A stretch of 64,000 nt of DNA. It comes from Guillardia theta CCMP2712 (taxonomy: Eukaryota; Protista; Cryptophyta). Made by a program: the position numbers and the translations under genes. The stretch lies in contig NW_005434645.1 of NCBI RefSeq assembly GCF_000315625.1, positions 21,413 to 85,412 of the forward strand, written 5' to 3'. The notes under the pieces were generated by a model. The model was not told the origin of the DNA. It ran no database searches and worked only from the letters and a program-made list of their open reading frames with translations. Numbering within the stretch: the stretch's first letter is position 1; each line of letters starts with the position of its first letter. Positions 13,041-23,814 of this stretch are shown here, in pieces.

Positions 13041-14642
13041 CGGCTCCGGCACGAAGGATGGCCTGTCAGAAGACCAACTCCTGATGGAAAAACATCAGCT
13101 CTTACCACAGATCAGATACTGCGACGTTGAGCGTCTTGTTGATGCCCTCTGCCCTCGATTACGCGTCTCTCTCCCTTGTAAACTATCCTATCAACCACGC
13201 ACTTACTTCTCAACTTCATATTCACTATCATGTAAGAGCTCATTCTACGGTTGATTGCTCTTACGTCCTGTGAGACGTCTAAAATATCAAGCTCGTCCGT
13301 AAATCTTGCGGCCCAAGCAAAACACCGAGTCACTATACCCAATTTTCGCTTTCCATGTCACACTGTGCAAAATGACGATCGAGCTGATCTTTCTTGAGAT
13401 CAGCATACTACGAGCGATTACCACTATCTTGCGCTGTTCTTCTATCTTACAATATCCGATTCTGATTTCATTTCACAACAAGGATGCGTTCCGTCAGCTG
13501 GTAGTAATCATTACCCAACCTGAGCTTTAAATCAGAGTGCTTGGAAGGATCCTTACACATGCACCGTAAGGTTAAATCCTTTCTTTTTCTCTCTTGTTCC
13601 TTCCATCCCATGCCCTCGTTCGTGATATCTCAACAACTGTTAACCCTGAAATTACCATCTATAAAAGTTCTCTTCCTCCCCTCCCTCAACTTCTCTGCTC
13701 GAACCGCCTCACGACTGGCTTCCTCCTTCAACAGTCCAGCATATCGTCACCATATTCTTCAGAAACCTCCTCCTTCTCCCCTCCTCCTGCCTCACTCCAT
13801 GTTCTGCCGTCGCACGCAACATGAAGTCCACCCCAATCAATAACCCCTCTGAAAGTCATTTCACCCCACCCCCTTCTTTGACCACCCTGGGCTGTAAGGT
13901 ACACCCCACCCCTCCATTACCCTCTTCGTGCGCTTTAGGACTACCCCAATTTTTGTTGTTTTATGGAGGGGTACAAAACCAAGAGTTTCATCTTCTGTCT
14001 GCACCCCACCCCACCCTGTCCAACTCATTTAATTCCGCTTATCTACCCCTACCCTCGAATATCCCGTACCCCACCCCCAACAATTTTCGACTACCCCCAT
14101 CCCCCTGTTTTTGGGACTCAAGACATCACAAGACCAAACGTCGGTAAGTACCCCACCCATGAAGATATCTTGAAATTCCGGTCAAAACCAGGGGTTTAGT
14201 TGGAGGACCCTCATACAGATCTGGGAACGAACGTTCCGCAATTAATTGGAGAGCTACAGCCTCCTACTTTTGAAAGAGACACATACCACTTCAATATGCA
14301 TTCACAACTAGTGAGAAAAGACAAGTGGTATCGGTGAGGCTGTCCCGGCGCGGCCCGGTGACTGGCCGGCGGCCGTACCGTACGGTACGAGTGAGTACGG
14401 TAAGCCTCCTCACTCAGCACGTCGGATTCGTGCCGCAAACTCGGCCCGCCGATGATGCGAGTTCCGAACCAGTCCACTGGGGACTGGGACGTGGCACCGT
14501 TGAACCGACAGAAGCTGACTCCCAATGTACCGTTTCAATGACTCTCATCATGACTGTTTTAAAGCCTGGCAGTACCTCTAGACGAAGAAACGTTGAACCT
14601 TTGAGAGTCAGTGCGGTGGCGAGAGGCCACACAAGGCAAGAC

Positions 14643-15889
14643 TCACTGAGCATAAGGAGACTTGTCAAGTCCCTTGTATGTCGGCTTGCCGGTAGTTTTC
14701 CATTCGGTGTATGCTCCATCATACAGCGGAGCTTCGCGGACACCTACTATCTCAAGGGCTGCTCGGACAACGCACGCAGTAACCCCACTTCCGCAGGTCA
14801 CGGCGCATGGCTGGCTCAAGTCGACCTTAGCTTCATGAAACACTTGCTTGAGCTCGCTTTCATCCTTGAAAGTACCGTCGGGTCTGAGGACGTCGAGGAA
14901 AGGCACGGAGTAGCTGCCTTCGATGTGGCCCGACTCGATCGGTCTCGGTTCTGGCGCTTCACCAACAAATCTGGGCTTGGGCCGACCATCAATGAGCTGG
15001 AACTGCTTCGAACCGATGTTTGCTTCCACTTGCGCCATGTCCAAGATTGAACCTTTGAGAACCTCGCATGTGTATTCTGCTGGACTCGAGCTGGTAGCAT
15101 CAACAGGCTTCCTTTCGCGGTCGACAGGGTGTGCCAGCGACTCCCACATGGGAAAACCTCCATTGAGGATGGAAACCTTGGCATGTCCCATGGCCTTGAA
15201 CATGTACCATGCACGGGAGAGCTGAAAACCCCCTTTCCATCATACACAACGACATGGCTGTCACGACTGATACCGTACCCGGCACAGTACTTTAGGCACT
15301 AAGAGTCAATGCGCTCGTGGAGGCAGTAAGGGACGATACCTTTGCGAATGTTGGAGCTGACGGCATCATGTGCGGCCAAGGTGAATCAGTATCACTGACC
15401 TTGTCGATGTCGAAGAAGAACGCTCCCGGAATTCTCCTCTCCGAAAATTCCTTGATGGCATCACGCTGCATTGCAGGCAGGTACCTGGAAGAAACCTGAA
15501 TCAGGCTTGAGCTGCGGGACACATTGTCCAGCTACTCACCAGGAAGCGTCCAAGATTGAGACTTTCTCAAGATTCTTGTGTAGCCAATCACAATCCACAA
15601 TTGGAGGGCAGTCTGCCATCATCGAAGGCCTTTGGTGCGTCTGGTAACTCCTTCCCCAGTGCCGGTGACCTGAAAACAGATCAACGATTGTAAACGGGGA
15701 TCAAAACTCTTTACTTGTGTAACTGAGACTTCTCCTATGAGAATCAAACTGCACAAACAATCTACTCTGATGTCTTAGACCGACCCGGGGAATCCCGCTA
15801 CCCGCAAAATGCAAAAATCCCCAAGCAGGGCGAAAAGGGCAAACGAGTGACAAACAGGCAGACAATCTAAAGAGATTGCTTCCTATCAT
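14643..15889 (-). CDS. 3-mercaptopyruvate/thiosulfate sulfurtransferase (two-domain rhodanese), probably plastid-targeted
   Basis: ILDASW|YLP, RIPGAFFFDID, PHMMPS, HVVVYDGKG, LNGGFP, IDGRP...GHIEGS, active loop CGSGVTA, YDGAYTEW. N-terminal signal-like MIGSNLFRLSACLSLVCPFRPAWG-F. One-base frameshift at ~15216. Confidence 0.9.
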
Positions 15890-16079
15890 GAGGGCCGAAA
15901 GATCCCACAACTGCGTTCTCTGTCAAGGAAAGAAAGCAGGTGAACGTGGTAATCGCAAATTTGACCGTTACCAACTGTTCCTCAAGTTTGTTTGTTGTTT
16001 CAGTCTGCTTGAAGTTGCCCGCCCTACGTGATACCAACCAATCTCCTTGATCCACCTCAACCTCACTAGGATTCCTGGT

Positions 16080-16225
16080 TCTCTCTCGTTCTCTCTCGTT
16101 CTCTCTCGTTCTCTCTCGCTCTCTTTCTCTATGTCTGTCATAATCTGTCGACGTGTCTCCTGTCTCTGTCTCTGTCTCTCTCTGTCTCTGTCTGTCTGTG
16201 TCTGTCTGTCGTTCTGTCGCTCTCT
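16080..16225. repeat. CT/CTGT-rich low-complexity microsatellite
   Basis: (CTCTCTCGTT)3 followed by TCTG/TCTCTG units. Confidence 0.85.
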
Positions 16226-18096
16226 CAGAAGACTTCTACTTCCTAGCCAAGAGATACAAGAGGCAAGCTGATGGGTTGATCCTCCCTCCTTCGCCTCTTG
16301 CCCCTCCCCTACTGTCAGCCGATTCATCATCATCATTATTTCCTTCTGCTTTTCCACCACCTCCTTTTTACCCTCATCCCCACCATACCCAACGCGGTTG
16401 CGTGGTATGAGGGTCAGGGTTGAAGTGCCCTCCATGTTACCCTCATCCCCACCATACCCACAGTGGGAGGTTGATGGGGATGAGGGCAAATCAGTGCCCT
16501 CTAGCCCTCATCCCCATCCGTACCAATCCACCCTTTGCACCACTACTTTCTTTTTTTCCTTCGATCCCCATCGGAGCAGTGCCTGGCGTATCCACCTGAC
16601 CACCCACCCCACCACATGACCGTCGTAATGGGGTTGCGGTCTCCCAACTCTGGCGGGTCAAGATCTCTAAAATACTAATAAACAGATATGAAGACCACGA
16701 CGCTCCGCGACGGAGCTAGTCCAAACATTGCAAGGTTGAATCGCTTTTAATTTGGTTACTCTCCGTGTCGCCAAGGGGAGCCTTAATATCTCAAAAGATG
16801 TCTTTTCATATAGTTCAATCCCTGCAACCCAAGGGGTACATCCTGAAAACGATCCCTTTCAATGAGAACGTCATGAACGATCATCGCCTAAACGCAGCGT
16901 CCTCTTTGCATTTGAAATTAGACAGAATAAATTGAAACTTTGTTCAGGAAGATGATATCTAGTTATGAAGGCATGGTGCTGCATGAAATGCCTGCTACGA
17001 AAACCTTTTACGAAACTAAAAATCAAGTTTTTACACATATCTGGGATGGGCTCTCAAGGGATTGGAAGTGTGCTCCTCGAGAGGAATGGGGTGGGGTGAT
17101 AAGTAACCCCGTCCATTGATTGAGTTCCGATATTGGTTCTGGGGGTTAGGGTAGTACTGAAAACAGCTCACTGGTGGGTGCGAAGGTTCGGGATATCGTA
17201 AGTCGAAATAGGTATTTTTCGTGTATGAGTTCGGAGACTTCCTCCGGGTGGCTCTCAAACCAGCTCACGGGATCCACCCTCAGCAATTGACTTCTATCCG
17301 TTCATACTGTGGTAAAGAGACAGCGAAGAAGTTGGTCGAAACGTTGCATGATATCACTCAACCTTGCCGGTACATAGCGTCTTGTCAAAGGCAACGATTC
17401 GTTCAGTGATTGCTTTGGATTCCCAGACACCACCATTTAACGGCTCCAACGGTTTTCTACGAGCTTCGCGTCCTTAAAAGAGAACGCTTCACCACATACC
17501 CGTACACTGCGACCACTGACCCCTTCAGAGCACGGACGCAGACAACCACGTCGCTTGGGAACTGTCTGCATATCCCTTTTATTTTTACATTTGACTTTTA
17601 CGTTCTTTTTTTAAAACTCGATTTAACGGGGGTCGCACGTTCGACTCTCATTCACAGTACCCTACCAGGATTGTACCCACCGCTTCTCCACTTCCTGACC
17701 CCTTGCATCACCCCACAACTTTCGGTAAAAAAAGAGGGTGATAAGTTCAAACATATTTTCAGTACCCCTTCATCGAACATGCTACCCTTACTCCCAGAAA
17801 CACCTTTCTCTCGCAATATCCAGCTCGAAAAAAAAACTCTAAAAGTTTATTGATGCGAGGTAAAAGTAAGTTGTACAGCACTACTTCTTTTTAATTCTTA
17901 TTAGTATTATATCGCTCACTCCTATTTAGACCCCAGTGCTCCTCGTCCTCCTCACCAGCGCACTGTGCCAACACCATCTCACCGTTCTTCTGCATTCCTC
18001 GAGCATCCTCTTGCTTCAACCTCCCTTCTCTCTACTGCAGCACATTCATTCAATACCGTCTCTCCTTCATCAGCTCCTACCCACCACCTCACAACA

Positions 18097-18963
18097 ATGG
18101 TTGCCTCCCTCTTCGTTCCTCGTGAAACCGAGCTTGAGACCAAGTCCAAGGGCATATCAAAAGCCCCAGCCATCAGAATGAGCAAGAAGAAATCCAATCC
18201 CAGGGCACAGCAGACCAATTACGGGAATGCTTGCAATGCGGAGTCTTGCCATCCTTACGATCAGCACATGCAATACGAAAGATATCACCATGTTCCGGCC
18301 CAACAGGACTCAAACTCCCTTGAAAACGATTCCCTGGTTGCAGTCGGCATTCCTGTTGCAAAGGGCATTCCGGCTGTTCCTCTTTCTGATGAAGATGTAC
18401 AAGTTGCCCTTGTTCACGCTATTGACGCCGACAACTTCAACTTTCTGCGGCGCATGATGATGGTAGGGTGGTTGCCCAAGAACTCAGCAGAGGTTTCTCT
18501 GTACTTCTCTGAAGACAATTCCGGGGCTAAAATGTTCCGAATCGACCTGGTGCAAGCATCTGCCCTTCACTACGCGATCGTATGCGGCTCAATCCAGTGC
18601 TTTGCTGCTTTGCTCGTGGCATTCCCAAGCTTCGTTGATAACGCCTGCTATTTCAAGGAAGGAAGCTCAGCCACAGGGGATTTCCAGCAAGTGACCACGT
18701 TTGAAATGGCTTCTTTCATGGTTCACTTCACTCGTCATGATCCAATCAAAAACGAGAAGGCGAAGAAGATCGCGGCTATCCTTGACTGTATTCAGCGACT
18801 TCCATGGACCCAGCCCCTGCTCGCACACGATACAACTTATGAGCGTTTGGTGGCGGCAGGAGAGGATGGCAACGAATTGGTCAATTCTCTTTACTCCGCG
18901 GCACTGCCATGGCAGAATGAAGAAGCGCTGTTTGCGTCAATCCAATTAGATGTTTTTGAATAA
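18097..18963 (+). CDS. Hypothetical intronless protein with one ankyrin-like repeat
   Basis: ORF 17965-18963 with first ATG at 18097. SALHYAIVCGSIQCFAALL resembles an ankyrin repeat (TALHxA...G). Confidence 0.6.
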   Translation: MVASLFVPRETELETKSKGISKAPAIRMSKKKSNPRAQQTNYGNACNAESCHPYDQHMQYERYHHVPAQQDSNSLENDSLVAVGIPVAKGIPAVPLSDEDVQVALVHAIDADNFNFLRRMMMVGWLPKNSAEVSLYFSEDNSGAKMFRIDLVQASALHYAIVCGSIQCFAALLVAFPSFVDNACYFKEGSSATGDFQQVTTFEMASFMVHFTRHDPIKNEKAKKIAAILDCIQRLPWTQPLLAHDTTYERLVAAGEDGNELVNSLYSAALPWQNEEALFASIQLDVFE

Positions 18964-19054
18964 CGATCAAATTATCAATAAATACACATACAGATGAAAA
19001 AGTGTTGAGTTTGACATGACTCGCATGATTTCAAGAAAATCAATCAATGCTTCA

Positions 19055-20292
19055 TCAAGCATTATTCGACGATCTTTTGTGCCCGAGAAACCACTTCCAC
19101 AGCTCCTCCCCGCTCTTTTCATACGCATCAACCCAACTAGCGTGTCCTTCCATGTGCAACCCGCCCATGCCAAAGTTGATCCAGTTCGGGTCGCTACCAG
19201 CAGAGTGGGGAAGGCGAGAGTACTTCACCTGAGCAAAGCATAACGATGTGGCATGAATGAACATCCCTCAAGGGCTCACCTGAACAGCATGCTCTGCTAA
19301 GGTACGATTCATATCATCACTGGCTTCAACCGGAATGGTCTCATCGTTGACGGCATGCCAGATCCAGACACCCATCCTCTCGTCCTGTAACTTCAGTCAG
19401 CTGGACGGCAGTGATGATTGTGCATGACCTTGATCGCTCCGGCAACCTCATCCAACTTGCGTTTTCCACCATCAACCCAGCCACAAACCTACAACCACCC
19501 GCACTCATCACGCATCCTCGTCCCTCCAAATACTTTTCTTACCGGTGCAATAGCTGCAAACTTGGGTGACTTGCGCTTTGCACTTGCGGCTGCTAATGCC
19601 CATGTGCCCGACCCTCCCATGCTCAGCCCAGTTAGATAGATCCTGGTGGGATCAATCTTTCCCTTGTTTGATTCTATTACATCATCGATGAGATCAAGAA
19701 TTGAGTTCGATATCGAAGGATTGCTGAATCCTCCACCCCAGCTTTGACTGCATTGCGGCGAGAGCACCATAAAGTTGCTCCTGAGAAAAGCTGCAGAATC
19801 CCGAGCCGCATCCTCATTCAAGATTGAGAAGTTGACATTCTTTGCATCCTGCACCAATTTCGGCGGTCCTTGCAAGAGAAGTTTAGAAGCATCATGCCCG
19901 CTCTCACCGGCTCCATGCAAGAAAACAAGTAGAGGCAGCGGCGAGCTTGAATCGTGTTGAAGGGGCATGTACAAGAGAAAATCCAAGGATTCGCCACGTT
20001 GAGTCTTGCCATGAATCTGTTTCCCCGCTGGTGGAAGAGGGTAGGCTGATGTGTTCATGACGGTAAATGGGGAAGGTTTGCGTCGGGGAGGTGGGGGGAG
20101 CTGGGATGGAAGAGGAGGCAGAGTAGTTGTTGCGGAGGAGGATTCCTGTTCCTTGTGAGGAGCGGGACGTGTGGGGCTAGGGGAGGCCTTCCTACCCGAT
20201 CTAGATCCCTGCACTGGTAGGAGAAGCGGAACCAGGAGGAGGAGGAGGAGGAGGACAGCGAGAGCAGCAGGCCCTGCCCATCGAACCAGCAT
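19055..20292 (-). CDS. Signal-peptide-bearing alpha/beta hydrolase (predicted peptidase/esterase, COG4099-like)
   Basis: [28 protein letters not shown] (GxSxG), FAAIAP|[17 protein letters not shown] and GHASWVDAY give a Ser-Asp-His triad across 4 exons. Hydrophobic N-terminus. Confidence 0.88.
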
Positions 20293-20311
20293 CCAGAAGC
20301 ATCTCCCAACA

Positions 20312-20412
20312 CTCATCCCCCTCATCCCCCTCATCCCCCTCATCCCCCCTCATCCCCCTCATCCCCCTCATCCCCCTCATCCCCTTCATCCCCCTCATCC
20401 CCCTCATCCCCC
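20312..20412. repeat. 9-bp tandem repeat (CATCCCCCT)~11
   Basis: Read directly, just upstream of the hydrolase ATG. Confidence 0.9.
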
Positions 20413-20963
20413 ACATGAGACCCTCATCCCCATCCTGATCCCCGCTCCTACACGTGTGCCCTTGCTCATCCCCCTCGTTATCACGGCATCGCCCTCATAC
20501 ACAAGGGAGTTTAGTTCAGGCTCAATTTAGTTTAGTTCTCGCAATGCAGTTCGAAAGCACCGTGGATCGATGTCGCCTCCCCCGCCTCCGCCTCCGCCTC
20601 TCCCTCCCCTCTCCCTCCCTTGCTCATCATGATTGCTGCATTATGCCTCTTCCTGCTTCCTCTTGTCTTCCTTGCGTCCATCGCGCTCACCCGCCGCTGC
20701 CATTGTCGACCCCCTTGTTCTTCTGAACAAGTTCTCGTGCTGCTTGCCTAGATGACGAAGGAAGGTCATCAGGAGAAGAAGAAGATAGAAAAACAGTGGC
20801 GCATGGTACCTAGAGCTGTGAATTCAGAACAGGTCGAGCAGGGCGAAGATGAGGAGCTGATAGGGCAAACGAGCAGTTTTGGATAGACATGTGGCCTAGA
20901 GCGACCTGTTTCATCTTAACTTGCAGCTGAGCCTTCTCGTAGGGGGTCGAGGGCTTCACCAGA

Positions 20964-23733
20964 AGATGATGGTACGGAGGTCCTCCAGTGGTGCTGAAGG
21001 TGACATACACGAGCACGTTGTGATATGCGCGGCCATGGCATGTGACCTGGTTGGCAGGTAAATGTTATTTTACAGCCGGTATGCAGCCCAACCTGGAGAG
21101 CCTTCGCCGGTTCGCTCAAGAGTCGGAGTGCCTGTGCTGCAACGACAGTGGGTGTGAAGAGATGGAGCTTGCCGAGGGTGCTCAGATCGTGTTTGGAGGG
21201 ACGGGGAGGATTGAAGGGCCACTGGACCTGTTGTTTCTGAGGAGGATGATTGGCATCAAGTACAAATACCCTGAGAAAGTTCACCTCCTCATTGGGAGCA
21301 GAGAGATCGACCTGCTGGAGGCCTGGGTGGACTTCGACAGGCTCGGCCGGTACGTGCAAGGAAACCAGCAGAATCTGGATCGACAGGGGGTTGAGGAGGA
21401 GGTGAAGAAGGGGGGTTCGAAGATATTCAAGGCGGCGTGTGAACAGCATTTGGGTGAGAGTTCGGAACCCAGGGGAGAGGAGGGTAAGGGATGCTGTGAA
21501 GACTCTCTCATGAACGGGCTGGAGAAGTTGACAGGCTACGCGCAAGTGATCGAAGAATACTTGAGGTCCTGTCGATTCGCCCATTACTTCGGGAGGACGA
21601 TCTTCATTCATGGCTGCTGGAACCTGTCTGTCTGCGCGCTCTTCTCGAATTACATGCAGACGGAGAACACGAAGGGCTGCTTTGTAGATTTCTTGAACTG
21701 TCATTTCTCAGACGCCGTCGACAACCTATTGGCGACAGCAAGGGCATCTGGGGACGTCGAGGACGACCTGGAGTACCTCCGCCACGCGGTGAGGTTCTGC
21801 TTCAAGGATATCATCCCCATCGACTTCTTCGACATCCTCCAGTTCAGAAACGTTGTTTGCTCCCACTCCGTCCTGGGCTTCATCCCCACCATCATCCAGC
21901 ACGACGACGTCTCCATCATAGGGCTGGACTTGTCGGCTCCGACCCACCTCTTGGACGAGCACCATGACATCGTAGTCGCTCCCGAGTCCTGCTGCTGCTC
22001 CCTCAGCTTCACGGAGGACGGCTGCGCAAGGGTGAAGGCCGAGGCAGGGAGCGACATCCAGATCCGGTTCTCCAAGTGCACGTGGGCAGTCAAGGGACAG
22101 GGGGAGGAGAAAGTGCAGCTCGGGATGAAGCGAGACAACCTCTACATCATCTCCAAGCTCAGCTACTGCAAGCGACAGTACTACGTCTACCTGTGCTCTT
22201 CCAGCCTGCTGGTCTCCCTGGGGCTGTGCAGCGAGCAAGACTCAGACGTCCTCCACTGCAACCACGACGAGGAGGAGGCTGAGGAGGAGGAGACAGGAGT
22301 TGACCTACACAACGTTCTTACAACCCCAGGAGGAGGCACTGTCTATCTGGTGGGGACGGCACATGTCTCCTCCAAGAGCTGCGAGGATGTCCGGAAGGCC
22401 CTTCAATCCATCCGCCCCCAGGAAGAGTCCGAGTTCGCCTGTCCGCTACTGACTCCTGCGCGCAGATCGTTGCCGTCGAGCTCTGCGAGGCTCGCAGAGC
22501 GATGCTGTTCCACATTCCCCCCGAGTCGCTCACGTTTGCCGGTGCTTCCTCCTCTGCTGCCTCCCTCGCTGACGTTGCCGCTGGCACTCCAGCCATCATG
22601 AGCAAGATGAAGGACAAGGACTCCAACCTTTTCTCCCTCCTCTACTCTTGGTTCCTCAGCAACGTCAGCACGCGCCTCGAAGTCGCTCCAGGGGAAGAGT
22701 TCAGAGTGGCGTACGAGGAATCGAAGAAGCTCTCCCCACCATCCTCTTTCCTTCTCATCGACCGGCCAGTTCACATCACCGTACCGCCTCCTCCCTCCCC
22801 CTCCTTCCATGTGCAGTGACGTGCTAACTGCAGGTTGCTCGTATGTGGGCGGGCATCACAACGTGGGAAAAGCTCAAGTTGTGTTGGATGCTGGTGAGGG
22901 AGACGCTCCTGATCCCGTCAGGTTCAGCTCCCCTGCCCTTGTGCGATGAGCCTGACGGGAAGTTGCCAGCCGACGAGCTCAACGAGATGGTGGAGAGCTT
23001 GAAGCAGACAGACGCTATGACGATGGTCCCCTTGCACTCCTCATCCTTCCTGAGCCCCTCACGTCCTCTCCCCTCTTGTTCCCCAGGCCGTGATGGAGCT
23101 GGGATCGAAGTTTCCGGGGCTGATTGAGCCCCTGATGACCGAGAGGGACCAGTACCTCTGCTACATGCTGAGGAAGAAGGCCCAGTCGGTGTCGGAAGGA
23201 GTCAGGTGGGTCTCTTGGCGGAGGAGGTGGCTGTCGCGATAGTGGCGCTAGTCTAGGAAGCCGTGGAGTTGATGTGTTATAAGGAGGACGCGAAGGGGAG
23301 GGCAAAGGGGAGGAGGAGGAGGTAGAGGAGCTGGTGGTGGTGGTGGTGGTGGAAGAGGATGTCAGGTGGTGATAATGGTGGAGGAGTAGCAGGAGGGAGG
23401 AAGTGATAGCAGTGGTGCTAGTAGAGGAGGACGATGACCATCGCGACAGGATCGTCGCTGTGGTGGGAGCAGGTCACATCGCAGGCATCAAGAAGTTCTG
23501 GGAGGAGCCGATAGACTTGCGCAAGATTTGCTGCCTGCCGGTGACGCATCGCTACCTTATCTCCTGCTCCAACTGAACCCGAGCAGGTGTCCAGCAGGCC
23601 GCACCCAGCCACGAGGATCTTCCGGGGGTTCGCACTCGGAGCGACCGTTGTAACCGGGTTTCTAGTCTCCTCCTACTCCTACAGGCTTTCTGCCAGGCTC
23701 ATTGTCCGGCTCTCGAGGCTGCTGAGGGGATGA
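20964..23733 (+). CDS. Fusion protein: degenerate calcineurin-like phosphoesterase domain + TraB-family (TRABD-like) domain + C-terminal anchor
   Basis: TraB motifs VYLVGTAHVS, IVAVELC, PGEEFR, LIDRP, TERDQYL, IVAVVGAGHIAGI, then a C-terminal hydrophobic and basic tail. N-part IVFGGT...KYPEKVHLLIGSRE...IFIHG. Start codon uncertain. Confidence 0.8.
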
Positions 23734-23814
23734 AGGGAGGGAAGGGGTAGCGGCGATCCTTGTACATAGAGACAGATGGGAGACCATGGCGACTGCTGCT
23801 TCATGCACACACGT

